From positions 80,990-144,989 of the forward strand of contig CAZUGO010000030.1 of the NCBI GenBank assembly GCA_964619935.1: DNA of 64,000 nucleotides, written 5' to 3'. Shown one piece after another: positions 27,704 through 36,775 of this stretch. Position 1 is the first letter of the stretch. Each line of letters begins with the position of its first letter. The translations under genes and the position numbers were made by a program. The notes under the pieces are model-generated. The model saw nothing but the letters and a program-made list of their open reading frames with translations. It made no database searches and was not told the origin of the DNA. Origin of the DNA: an uncultured Planctomycetales bacterium (GTDB lineage: Bacteria > Planctomycetota > Phycisphaerae > UBA1845 > CAIVHJ01).

Positions 27704-28480
27704 TCAGCCGTCCTTGTCGTTGCCGCCGCGTTGCGACGGCGGCAGGAAGATTTTCAGCTTCTGCTCGACAATCCGCGGATTGTCGCCGGATTGAATGCTC
27801 ATCACGCCGCGAATGGCGATGCTCTTGAGGGTCAACTCCTCTTCGCTGCGCAGGGCCAGCTTCTCACCCAGCGGTCCGGCGATCAGGTTGGCGATCATCG
27901 CCCCGTACAGGGTGGTCAATAGGGCCACGGCCATACCCGGGCCGATCGAGCTGGGGTCGTCCATGTTCTTGAGCATCAGCACCAGGCCCACCAGGGTCCC
28001 GATCATCCCGAACGCCGGGGAGTACTTGCCGATGTTGTCGAGAATGGCCTTGCCGCGCAGGTGTCGGTCGGCAACCGATTCCAGCTCGCTGGTCATGATG
28101 CCCTCGATCAGCTCGGGGTCGGTGCCGTCGACGGCCATCTGGATTCCGCTCACCAGAAAGCTGTTGTCGTTGTCGCGGGTCATGTTCTCCAACGAGAGGA
28201 TGCCGTCGCGCCGGGCCACCTCGGCGTACTTGACCAGGTCGCGGATCAGGGCATGCGGATCGGTGGCCTTGGCGAAAAAGGCGTTCTTGACCACCTTGGT
28301 CATGCTCAGCACCTGCCGCAACGGGAAGCTCATCAGCACGGTGGCGATGGTACCGCCCACCACGATGGCGATCGACGGCGCGTCGAGGAAGGTTTCGACG
28401 CCGCCGCCTGCGCTGCCCAACATGGCCCACAGCAGCAGGCCGAAGCCCAGAATCATTCCAATGAAGGTTGCGATATCCAT
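27704..28480 (-). CDS. motA: Flagellar stator protein MotA
   Basis: 258 aa of the MotA/TolQ/ExbB family. Motifs YSPAFGMIGTLVGLVLML and ALLTTLYGAMIANL. Paired with motB. Confidence 0.9.
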   Translation of the reverse strand: MDIATFIGMILGFGLLLWAMLGSAGGGVETFLDAPSIAIVVGGTIATVLMSFPLRQVLSMTKVVKNAFFAKATDPHALIRDLVKYAEVARRDGILSLENMTRDNDNSFLVSGIQMAVDGTDPELIEGIMTSELESVADRHLRGKAILDNIGKYSPAFGMIGTLVGLVLMLKNMDDPSSIGPGMAVALLTTLYGAMIANLIAGPLGEKLALRSEEELTLKSIAIRGVMSIQSGDNPRIVEQKLKIFLPPSQRGGNDKDG

Positions 28481-28588
28481 GGCCGACTCAAACCGCTTCG
28501 GTTATCCACCCGTGCAGGGCCGCGGCCGGGCGGACCCGCCGCGCAGCACCACCCTACTTCAGGTATCGTGTGTTTCGAACGTCCGGCT

Positions 28589-28783
28589 TCACTGCACGGC
28601 GAAACTGCGCAGCTGACGTCCGTATTCGATGGCCTTGCGCACGACTTCCTCCAGCGAGTCCTTGATCATCAGGCGATCTCCGTTGATCAGCGTCACCAGG
28701 GTATCGGGCGTGGACTCGACGGTCTTGATCAGCTCCGCATTGACCACCATCGGCTTGTCATTCAAACGGGTCACGGTAATCAT
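28589..28783 (-). CDS. flbD: Flagellar protein FlbD
   Basis: 64 aa, MITVTRLNDKPMVVNAELIKTVESTPDTLVTLINGDRLMIKDSLEEV. Typical FlbD sequence and typical position between flgE and motA. Confidence 0.8.
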   Translation of the reverse strand: MITVTRLNDKPMVVNAELIKTVESTPDTLVTLINGDRLMIKDSLEEVVRKAIEYGRQLRSFAVQ

Positions 28784-28789
28784 GGCCTT

Positions 28790-30460
28790 CTACCTGGCGA
28801 TCAGCAGCAGTTCCTGCAACAGCTCATCCGCGGTGGTGATCACCCGGCTGTTGGCGGAGAATGCCGTCGATGCATTAATCAGCCCGATAAACTCGCGGGC
28901 CAGGTTGACGTTGCTCTGCTCCAGGGCCCCGGATTCGATGGCACCGGCGTTGCCGTCACCGGCCACCCCGATGCGGGCGGCGCCGGAATTGAGCGTCTCG
29001 GTGTAGTGGTTGCCGGTCTCGAGCTTCAGGCCCTGGGGGTTGACGAAGGTGGCCACGGCCACCTGGCCCAGCTTCTGGGTGCTGGCGTTGCTGAACGAGC
29101 CGGTGATGACGCCGTCACGGTCGACGAAGAAATCGACCAGCGTTCCGAACGGCAGACCGTCCTGATCGGCCAGCCCCACCTCCGACGGATCGTCGGCCAG
29201 CCCGGTGACCGCCGCCGGATCAATGCCGAAGGCAATGTCGGACGCACCGGTATCGTTGCGACTGACGGTCAATGCCGTCCCCGTGGTGCCGATGAGGTTG
29301 CCGTTGGTATCAAAGCTCAGGGTGCCGCTGCCCAGGGCGTTGGAGACGTCGCTGTCGTCGGCGGACTCCGCGTAGAACCGCCACATTGAACCCGACTCGC
29401 CCTTGGACACCAGGGCCAGCCGCAGGCGGACGTTGACCTCCTGGCCCAGCGAATCGTAGATGATGAAGCCGGTGGTGGTGCCTCCCCCGATGGCCGCCGA
29501 GACATCGTCGAACCGTGCCGCCACCGTGTTTTGCGTGGTGTTGGTAATGCTGCTCAACGCCAGTTCCAGGCTGTTGGCCGAACCGTGGTTGCCGGTGACC
29601 ACCAGGCGGCCCTGGTCATCGAGGGTCACCGCGGCCGACTCCCCCAGGGTCGCGTCGGTGTGCAGCGCCAACGTCCCTTCCAGGAAGGTCATCCAATCCT
29701 GCACCGTGCCGCCGGACGCCCCGACGGTGAACTGGCCTTCGGGGAGCACGAAACCGCCTTTGCGCGCGTCACTGATGGCAATGACGTCGCCGTCGGCCAT
29801 CAGGGCGTTGCCGTCGGCATCGATGAGCGCCGTCAGTGGGGTGGCCGCGGTCGCCACGCCGGCCGCGGTCAACAACGCTTCGGACTGGGAGACCGATCCT
29901 GCTGTCGCCGGCAGCGACTGGGCATCGAGGTTGCCCTGCAAGGTGGCCAGCGTGGTGGCCGACGCACGGGTCAAGGTACCGATGGGGATGACGATGTCGA
30001 CCAGGGCACCGGGGTCGATCTCGCCATCGGCGCCGACGGCGTAGCCCTGGACCCGCAGACCTTCGTTGGACACCAGGTTGCCGTCGGCATCGAGCACGAA
30101 CGCCCCGTCGCGGGTATAGGCCGCCACCGCCTGATCCCGGGCCAGAATGAAGAAGCCGGCGCCTTCGAGCGCCAGATCGCCCTGGGACCCGGTGGTCGAC
30201 ACCGATCCCTGCTGGAATCCGCGATTGATGGCCCCGACGTTGGAGCCCAATCCGACCTGTACCGGGTTGGTGCCCCCCAGAACGTCGCCCGGGGCCGTCG
30301 CCGCCCGCAGGGTCAGTGAGAACAAGGTTTCCAAATCCGCCCGGCTGGCCTTGAAGCCGGTGGTGTTGACGTTGGCGATGTTGTCACCGATGACGTCGAG
30401 TTGGACCTGCGAGGTCTGCAACCCGGTCACCGCGGTGTTCATGGCAGAACCGAAACTCAT
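28790..30460 (-). CDS. flgE: Flagellar hook protein FlgE
   Basis: N-terminus MSFGSAMNTAVTGLQTSQVQLDVIGDNIANVNTTGFK. C-terminus LEQSNVNLAREFIGLINASTAFSANSRVITTADELLQELL. Confidence 0.9.
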   Translation of the reverse strand: MSFGSAMNTAVTGLQTSQVQLDVIGDNIANVNTTGFKASRADLETLFSLTLRAATAPGDVLGGTNPVQVGLGSNVGAINRGFQQGSVSTTGSQGDLALEGAGFFILARDQAVAAYTRDGAFVLDADGNLVSNEGLRVQGYAVGADGEIDPGALVDIVIPIGTLTRASATTLATLQGNLDAQSLPATAGSVSQSEALLTAAGVATAATPLTALIDADGNALMADGDVIAISDARKGGFVLPEGQFTVGASGGTVQDWMTFLEGTLALHTDATLGESAAVTLDDQGRLVVTGNHGSANSLELALSSITNTTQNTVAARFDDVSAAIGGGTTTGFIIYDSLGQEVNVRLRLALVSKGESGSMWRFYAESADDSDVSNALGSGTLSFDTNGNLIGTTGTALTVSRNDTGASDIAFGIDPAAVTGLADDPSEVGLADQDGLPFGTLVDFFVDRDGVITGSFSNASTQKLGQVAVATFVNPQGLKLETGNHYTETLNSGAARIGVAGDGNAGAIESGALEQSNVNLAREFIGLINASTAFSANSRVITTADELLQELLLIAR

Positions 30461-30473
30461 GGCACAGTCTCCC

Positions 30474-30488
30474 GCAACAAGTGTGCCG
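30474..30488 (-). promoter_or_regulatory. Sigma-54 -24/-12 promoter-like motif in the flgD-flgE gap
   Basis: The minus strand reads CGGCAC-ACTTG-TTGC, matching the GGCAC-N5-TTGC core exactly. It lies in a 49-bp intergenic gap with its C at -12 only 13 nt before the flgE ATG. Confidence 0.35.
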
Positions 30489-30509
30489 GGCCCAATGAGC
30501 CCGCCGGCG

Positions 30510-31139
30510 TCATCCTGACGTGTGCAGCGCTGCCGGACTCCGCCGGTCGACCACCTGATCCAGAAAAACGTCCCTGCCCGAATCCAACTCCAGAACCAAG
30601 CGCCCAGAGTGCTGCTTGACCGCCTCGACGACGCCCTCGACCCGTTGGATTGAGCCGTCCTCGATGAGGTCGGCCGTGACCGTCCAACCCAGCAGCGACT
30701 GCTGCAACTGCTCCATGGAGGTCACCGTCTGGACTTCGCTGAGCGGCAACTCGTGATGGCCCCCCAGGACCAGAAGCGGAGCGCCTTGGTCATCGAAGCG
30801 GACCGCCGAGACCACGCCTTCGACCGGGCCCAGGGGCGTCTGACCGTGCACGTACTGCCCGACCAGTGTCGCCGCCGAACCCAGACGCTGCTGATCGACC
30901 AGCGAGCGCATGGTCTGGGTCACTTCGTTGTTCATCTCGATGTTGCGGATGGTGGCGATCTGTTCCAGCAACTTGTCGTTATCGGTCGGCTGGAGCGGAT
31001 CCTGGTTCAGCAGATCGGTGATGATCAGCTTGAAGAATTCCTGCGACGACAGCGCCCCGAAGTCGGTGGGGTCGGTCGCCGGAAGCGCTCCGCGGGACGC
31101 GGCCGGCGCAATGGCGGTTAGATCCATGAGGTCCTCCAT
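30510..31139 (-). CDS. flgD: Flagellar hook capping/assembly protein FlgD
   Basis: FFKLIITDLLNQDPLQPTDNDKLLEQIATIRNIE is the conserved FlgD N-terminal motif. Positioned between fliK and flgE. Confidence 0.85.
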   Translation of the reverse strand: MEDLMDLTAIAPAASRGALPATDPTDFGALSSQEFFKLIITDLLNQDPLQPTDNDKLLEQIATIRNIEMNNEVTQTMRSLVDQQRLGSAATLVGQYVHGQTPLGPVEGVVSAVRFDDQGAPLLVLGGHHELPLSEVQTVTSMEQLQQSLLGWTVTADLIEDGSIQRVEGVVEAVKQHSGRLVLELDSGRDVFLDQVVDRRSPAALHTSG

Positions 31140-31190
31140 GATTCGTGAGCTGCGGGCTCCGCCCTGATAACCAGGAGACGGTCCTGTCCC

Positions 31191-32390
31191 CTATGCCTTG
31201 AGATCGAGCCCGCGCCCTCGCGGCGCGACCGCGCTGCCGGGTGGGTCGTCGGCTTCCGGCGACTCGGTGTCGCCACCGGGAGCCTCCGATGCGTCGTCGC
31301 CGCCTGCCGACCGCGAGAAGTCGCGGCGGGCCTCCGGCGGCGGCTGACCGAACGGCCGCGGATCGAGCGCGCCGGCGTCCACCACCTCATAGCGCTCGAT
31401 GGTAATGCCCTGGGACGCCAGGCTGTCGGACAGCAGCGTCGAACGGCCGGCCAGCAGGTCGCGTACGGAGGCGTGGTCGGCCTGAATGCGCACACGCAAA
31501 CGATCGTGTTCCAACTGCAAATCGATGGTCAACTTGCCGAGTTCCGGCGGCTGAAGTTGCAGCCGCACCACCGAGTGCCCCTGTTGCAGGTTGGCCCGCA
31601 GCACCCGCAACACGTCGCCCATCGTGCGGGTTCGGGCCGTGTCTGACAGCGGCGCCGGGTCGGGCTTGGTCACGGTGGGTCTGCCATCGAGTGTGCCGCG
31701 GCGGGCCTGTCCGGACACACCGCCGTCTCCGCGCGGACCGGCGCCCGCCGCGGCGTCACCGCTCGCCTTGACCGGCAGAACCGCGGCAGCGCGCGACGCG
31801 GCCGCGACCGTGACCCGCGTCTCCGACGAGCGGGAGGCCGAGGGGTCCGCAGACACCGCCGGCACCCCAACGGGCGGCGGTGCTGCTGCCGGCGCGGATG
31901 CTGGCTCGGATCCGATGGAGCGAGTGACCGGGGTCGTGCTGCCGTGAGCGCCAGCCGGTGGTTTGGGCGGTGCCTCGGTCACGGCCCCGGTGGCCGGCTG
32001 CCGCCCGACTGCATCCGGCGCAGCGCCGGACCCAGCTGACGGCGCCACCGATGGTCCCATCGACTCGGCAACCGGGCGGGCCCTGGCGGCCGACTCGGCA
32101 GCGACATCCACGCTCCGCATCGGCGTGGCGAGCGGCCGGCGGCTGCCCGGACCCGAGCCCGAATCCGACGGCGATTCGATCACCCGGAAGTCGTCGTCGG
32201 CCAGCCGGGCATTGGCCGAGGCCCGGGCGGCCCCGAAGTCTGCGGCCGTGATCGCGTCGCCCGCAGGGGGTAGTCCAGCCATCCGAGCGAACAACTCCAG
32301 AAACTCGGCGGGCGCCGGCGCGGGCACCCCGCTGCTGCCGGATGGATGACGATCCGCGGACGGGGCCGACAGCAGGGTACGTTCGATCAT
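31191..32390 (-). CDS. fliK: Flagellar hook-length control protein FliK
   Basis: Pro/Ala/Ser-rich centre. C-terminal Flg_hook-like VVRLQLQPPELGKLTIDLQLEHDRLRVRIQADHASVRDLLAG. ATGA overlap with the upstream gene. Confidence 0.7.
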   Translation of the reverse strand: MIERTLLSAPSADRHPSGSSGVPAPAPAEFLELFARMAGLPPAGDAITAADFGAARASANARLADDDFRVIESPSDSGSGPGSRRPLATPMRSVDVAAESAARARPVAESMGPSVAPSAGSGAAPDAVGRQPATGAVTEAPPKPPAGAHGSTTPVTRSIGSEPASAPAAAPPPVGVPAVSADPSASRSSETRVTVAAASRAAAVLPVKASGDAAAGAGPRGDGGVSGQARRGTLDGRPTVTKPDPAPLSDTARTRTMGDVLRVLRANLQQGHSVVRLQLQPPELGKLTIDLQLEHDRLRVRIQADHASVRDLLAGRSTLLSDSLASQGITIERYEVVDAGALDPRPFGQPPPEARRDFSRSAGGDDASEAPGGDTESPEADDPPGSAVAPRGRGLDLKA

Positions 32391-33085
32391 TGGCCCATCC
32401 CCGCGGTCTGGCCGTCGACCGGCAAGTCCGCCGGCTGGCGGGCCATGGCCTCCAACATGCGATCACGCCACTCCGTTTCCGAAGCCGACTTGCACGATTC
32501 CAGGATTGATTTTCGCTTGCGAACGCTCAATTCCAGAAGAATGCGCAGGGCGTCGGCATCGCTGCTGTTCAACAAGAAATCCCGGCTCTTCTTGGGATCC
32601 ATCTGGGCAACGGTGGCGATCAACTTCTTGTGGGCGTCGCCGAGATCCTGTTCCTGGCGCTTGCGGCGCTGCGCGGCATAGGCCTCAACGCGGGCGTCGA
32701 AAGCCTCCTGGTCTTTCTGCAGCTTGAGGGCCCGACGGTTCCAAAGCATGTCCAACTGCCGGAGGTCGGCCAGGGCCCGTTGCTGCTTGAATCGTTCCAT
32801 TTCCTCAGCTTCCAGCGTGTCCTGAATCATCTGGGCGGAAGTATCGGCACTGGCCTGGGGCCCGGTCGCCGCCGCATCGACGACCCCCACCGGCGGCGAC
32901 CCGATCGGCTTGCCGCGCAACACCGCCGCCACACCCTCGATGGTTTCGCGATCGACCCTGCCGGTCGTATAGGCGAACACGCCGACGCCGATTAGCAGCG
33001 CGATGTGGATCAGCGCCAGCAGCGCTGCGACCGCATACACCGGCCGCAGCAGGCCCACACATTTCCGAGCCAGTGTCGCGATCAT
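32387..33085 (-). CDS. YlxF/MotE-like flagellar protein (TM plus coiled coil plus MgtE-N-like C-terminal segment)
   Basis: Occupies the fliJ-fliK position that ylxF occupies in Bacillus-type fla operons. N-terminal TM, a charged coiled coil, then VAQMDPKKSRDFLLNSSDADALRILLELSVRKRKSIL. ATGA overlaps on both sides. Confidence 0.5.
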   Translation of the reverse strand: MIATLARKCVGLLRPVYAVAALLALIHIALLIGVGVFAYTTGRVDRETIEGVAAVLRGKPIGSPPVGVVDAAATGPQASADTSAQMIQDTLEAEEMERFKQQRALADLRQLDMLWNRRALKLQKDQEAFDARVEAYAAQRRKRQEQDLGDAHKKLIATVAQMDPKKSRDFLLNSSDADALRILLELSVRKRKSILESCKSASETEWRDRMLEAMARQPADLPVDGQTAGMGQ

Positions 33086-33558
33086 GGGTCATCTCGTGAG
33101 GCATCAGCCGGTGGCAGCGCTACCCATCGGCCGAGCACGCCATCGTCAAGTTCCGCCTGTTCGGCACGCGCTGCAGCCAGGCGATGCCGCTCCCGGGCCC
33201 GGTCGCGCAACTTCTCCAGAACCCGCAGCTCCTTGACCGCCTGAACCAGGGTCTGCTGTTCAGTGGCCAGCGTGCGCTTCTCGGCCAGCACTTCCTGATC
33301 CGCCTGTACCGCCAGGCGCTGCAGGTGAGACACCCAGTAACGCCGGTGCGACAGGCCCTGGACCTCCGGGTGGCGCTGGGCCGCGGCGGTGCGGGCCAAG
33401 TCCAGTTCGTCGCTGATCTGGGCGTGGACGGTTTCAATGTGTCCGCGCAACTCGAAGAGTCGGCGCAGCCGCTGGGCCACAACCCGCTGTTGGGCGTCGG
33501 CCTGCAGGCGGCGCCATCGCAACACGGCATCCAACTTGAAACAAAACTGCTTGGCCAT
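33082..33558 (-). CDS. fliJ: Flagellar export chaperone FliJ (called by synteny)
   Basis: 158 aa, R/Q/L/A/E-rich coiled-coil protein directly after fliI. No diagnostic motif; the call rests on size, composition and position. Confidence 0.6.
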   Translation of the reverse strand: MAKQFCFKLDAVLRWRRLQADAQQRVVAQRLRRLFELRGHIETVHAQISDELDLARTAAAQRHPEVQGLSHRRYWVSHLQRLAVQADQEVLAEKRTLATEQQTLVQAVKELRVLEKLRDRARERHRLAAARAEQAELDDGVLGRWVALPPADASRDDP

Positions 33559-33604
33559 GGATCGGTTTCAGGAACTCCGCGGGCAGTCCGGTGCTGCCCG
33601 CTGG

Positions 33605-34954
33605 TTACGGTGTCGCTCCGCGCGGTCGGGCGATCTGGGTCCTCAGTCTGGTGATGTCTTCGTGTACAGCGGTCAGCGCCGCACGGGCCTGCTCGAAGTC
33701 CACCGCTTCATCGATGGCCTGCTGCAGGAACCGCTCCACCAGCGGCTTGCTCTGGATGGCCAGGTCGAACTCCGGATTGCTGCCGCTGGCATAGGCACCG
33801 ATGTTCACCAGATCCTCGATTTCGAACCACGTCGCCAGCAGCTTGCGCACTTGGGCAGCCGCTTGGCGGTGGCCCCCATCGACCACGTCGACCATCAGCC
33901 GGCTGACGCTATTGAGCACGTCGACCGCCGGATAATGGCCGCGGCCGGCCAACGTTCGTGACAGCCAGACATGGCCGTCGAGGATTCCACGGACGGCGTC
34001 GGACACCGGTTCGTTGATGTCGTCGCCCTCCACCAGCACCGAGTAGAACCCGGTGATGCTGCCGCGGGCGGTGCGCCCGGTGCGCTCCAGCAACTGCGGC
34101 AACATGCCGAAGACGCTCGGTGTGTAGCCTTTCGTGGCCGGGGGTTCGCCGGCCGCCAGACCAATCTGGCGCTGGGCCATCGCCAGCCGGGTTAGCGAGT
34201 CCATCAGCAACAGAACGTGCAGCCCTTGGTCACGAAAGTATTCGGCGATGGCGGTGGCCGCGAAACAGGCCCGCACGCGCATGACCGGCGCTTCGTCGGA
34301 GGTGCTGACCACCAGGACCGCCTTGCGGGCGCCGTCGGGCCCCAGATCCTTCTCAATGAAATCTTTGACCTCGCGGCCGCGCTCGCCCACCATGGCCACC
34401 ACGGTGACGTCGGCAGCGCAGTAGCGGGCGATCATGCCCAGCAGCACACTCTTGCCCACACCGGTTCCGGAGAAGATCCCGATGCGCTGCCCGGCCCCGA
34501 TGGTCAAGAGACCGTCCAGGCAGCGAATGCCGGTGCCCAGCGGTTGGGAAATCCTTTCGCGAGCCAGCGGCGCCGGTGCCGGCTCGAACAGCGAGTAGAA
34601 TCGTTCGGGGTGAATCCGGCCCTGCCCATCGATGGGCCGACCCAGACCATTGACCACCCGGCCCAGCAGCGCCGGCCCGACCGCGACCTGCTGCATTCCG
34701 GCCACGGTGAAGACTGCGTCACCGGCCGCCACCCCGCGGGTGGTCTGCACCGGCATCAGCAGGGTCTGCCCGTCGCGAAAACCAACCACCTGGGCATCGA
34801 TGGCGCCGTCGCGCCGGGTGCGCACCCGACACAGCGAGCCGATCTCCGCGGGCACACCCACCGCTCGCATGATCAGCCCGTTGACCGCCGTCAGCGTCCC
34901 GGTCAGGCGCAATGGATTCAGCTGGTCTACAAATTGGGTGTGATGCTCAAACAC
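33605..34954 (-). CDS. fliI: Flagellum-specific ATPase FliI
   Basis: Walker A GIFSGTGVGKSVLLGMI and Walker B VLLLMDSLTR. GTG start preceded by AGGA. Confidence 0.95.
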   Translation of the reverse strand: MFEHHTQFVDQLNPLRLTGTLTAVNGLIMRAVGVPAEIGSLCRVRTRRDGAIDAQVVGFRDGQTLLMPVQTTRGVAAGDAVFTVAGMQQVAVGPALLGRVVNGLGRPIDGQGRIHPERFYSLFEPAPAPLARERISQPLGTGIRCLDGLLTIGAGQRIGIFSGTGVGKSVLLGMIARYCAADVTVVAMVGERGREVKDFIEKDLGPDGARKAVLVVSTSDEAPVMRVRACFAATAIAEYFRDQGLHVLLLMDSLTRLAMAQRQIGLAAGEPPATKGYTPSVFGMLPQLLERTGRTARGSITGFYSVLVEGDDINEPVSDAVRGILDGHVWLSRTLAGRGHYPAVDVLNSVSRLMVDVVDGGHRQAAAQVRKLLATWFEIEDLVNIGAYASGSNPEFDLAIQSKPLVERFLQQAIDEAVDFEQARAALTAVHEDITRLRTQIARPRGATP

Positions 34955-34966
34955 GATTGTCCTGGG

Positions 34967-35674
34967 TCACTCCAACCCCGCGCTCAGCAGGGCGCGGGTG
35001 ATTTCATCGAGCTGCTGCTCGAGGGTGGCGTCAACCTGTCCGGTCTCGGAGCTGAGCACCACGCCGCCGCGGGTCAACTGCGGATCATCAACCAGCCGGA
35101 TGTGCGGATGATCGGCAATGCGATCGGTCAGTTGGGCGCAGAATCGTTCTAGAGCGGCGAGATCTTCCGGATGGGCCCGCACCGTCAGGTCTGAGCGCCC
35201 GACGACCAGTGCCAGGGCGGCTTGCAGGTTTGCCGGAGCGACGTCGGGATTTACCCGGGCCACTCCCTGGGTCACCCGCCGGGCCAGGTGCACGGCGAAT
35301 TCCAGTAAATCGCGTTCGGACTGGTACAACCGCAACTTCCGTTCATTGTTGACCGCGGTCAGGGTTGCTGCCAGCGTTTCGGCGAGGTGCTTGAGGTCCT
35401 GGTCGAAGTGGGCCCGGGCTTCCAGCAGTGCTTGTTCGCGGCCTTCGGTTTGCCCAGCGAGGCGGCCGGCCTCCAGGCCTTCGACGTGTCCGCGGCGGAG
35501 GGCTTCCTGGTGCAGTCGATCGGCGGTTTCGCGGGCCTCGGTCAGCAGGCACTCGGCCTGCAGCCGGGCCTGGGCGATGACCTCCTGGGCCTCGCCCAGC
35601 AGGTCGCGCATGTGAAACACGGTGGGCACGCCACCTTGCCGTACTGCCTGCGCTGCCTTGAGGACTGCCGCCAT
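34967..35674 (-). CDS. fliH: Flagellar export protein FliH
   Basis: Positioned between fliG and fliI. N-terminal E/A/R/L coiled coil and C-terminal VRAHPEDLAALERF...DPQLTRGGVVLSSETGQVDATLEQQLDEI. Confidence 0.7.
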   Translation of the reverse strand: MAAVLKAAQAVRQGGVPTVFHMRDLLGEAQEVIAQARLQAECLLTEARETADRLHQEALRRGHVEGLEAGRLAGQTEGREQALLEARAHFDQDLKHLAETLAATLTAVNNERKLRLYQSERDLLEFAVHLARRVTQGVARVNPDVAPANLQAALALVVGRSDLTVRAHPEDLAALERFCAQLTDRIADHPHIRLVDDPQLTRGGVVLSSETGQVDATLEQQLDEITRALLSAGLE

Positions 35675-35719
35675 CTGCGTCTCCGTCAGGGCCCAGCGTT
35701 CGGGCCCGATGCCTTTCGG

Positions 35720-36775
35720 TTAGACGATGACCTCTTTTTCGCCGCCGCGGCCAGCGATGATGATCTCCCCGGCATCCTCCAGCCGGCGGACCACATCGAC
35801 GATGCGCTGCTGAGCGGCTTCGACGTCGCTGATGCGCACCGGGCCCATGTACTCCATGTCTTCCCTGATCAACTGGACGGCGCGGTCGGACATGTTGCGG
35901 AAGATCTTGTCCTTGAGCTCGTCGCTGGCGGTCTTGAGTGACAGGGCCAGCTCGTCATTGTCGATCTCTTTGAGCACCGCCTGGATGCCCTTGTCGTTGA
36001 CCAGAATGATGTCTTCGAAGACGAACATCAGGCGGCGGATCTGCTCGACCAGGTCGGGATCTTCGGTCTCCAGGGCTTCGAGGATGTTCTTCTCGGTGGC
36101 CCGGTCGGACAGGTTGAGCATTTCGGCCACCGACTCCACGCCGCCCACTTTCTGCAGGGTCTGCGACACGATGCCGGACAGCCGCATCTCCAGGCCTTGC
36201 TCGACTTCCTTGACCACTTCCGGGTTGGTCTGTTCCATGTTGGCGATCCGGGCCACCACTTCGATCTGCTTGTTCGGCGGCAGCCCGCCGAGAATCTCGC
36301 TGGCCTTGGCGCTGGGCACGTGGGCCAGCACCAGGGCGATGGTCTGGGGATGCTCGTCCTGGATGAAGGTCAAAAGGTTCTCGCTGTCGGCCTTTTGCAG
36401 GAACGAGAACGGCTGCTGATTGACCTGGTGCTCGATCTGCTGCATGATCCGGGTGGCTTCTTCCTTGGACATCGACTTCTGCAAGAGCCGGCGGGCGAAC
36501 AGCATGCCGCCCTGTTCGACGAAGCGCCGGGCCAGGGCCAGGTTGTAGAACTCGGTGATCACCGAGTTGGACACTTCGGGCTCCACCAGGTCGATCATGG
36601 CGATTTCGCGGGTGACCTCCTCGACGGTCAGCCCGGGCAGCAGCCCCAGCACCTTGGAGGCCGTGTCCGAATCCATGCTCAAGAGCAGAATGGCGGCCTT
36701 GCGCAGGCCGCCCAGCTTCTTGCCGTCTTCGATGGATTGAAGCATGCTCTTGGACATTGGGCGCGACTCAATCAT
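35720..36775 (-). CDS. fliG: Flagellar motor switch protein FliG
   Basis: Motifs RKAAILLLSM and RRLMFVFEDI. C-terminal torque-helix region MSDRAVQLIREDMEYMGPVRISDVEAAQQRIV. ATGA overlap with the fliF stop. Confidence 0.95.
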   Translation of the reverse strand: MIESRPMSKSMLQSIEDGKKLGGLRKAAILLLSMDSDTASKVLGLLPGLTVEEVTREIAMIDLVEPEVSNSVITEFYNLALARRFVEQGGMLFARRLLQKSMSKEEATRIMQQIEHQVNQQPFSFLQKADSENLLTFIQDEHPQTIALVLAHVPSAKASEILGGLPPNKQIEVVARIANMEQTNPEVVKEVEQGLEMRLSGIVSQTLQKVGGVESVAEMLNLSDRATEKNILEALETEDPDLVEQIRRLMFVFEDIILVNDKGIQAVLKEIDNDELALSLKTASDELKDKIFRNMSDRAVQLIREDMEYMGPVRISDVEAAQQRIVDVVRRLEDAGEIIIAGRGGEKEVIV

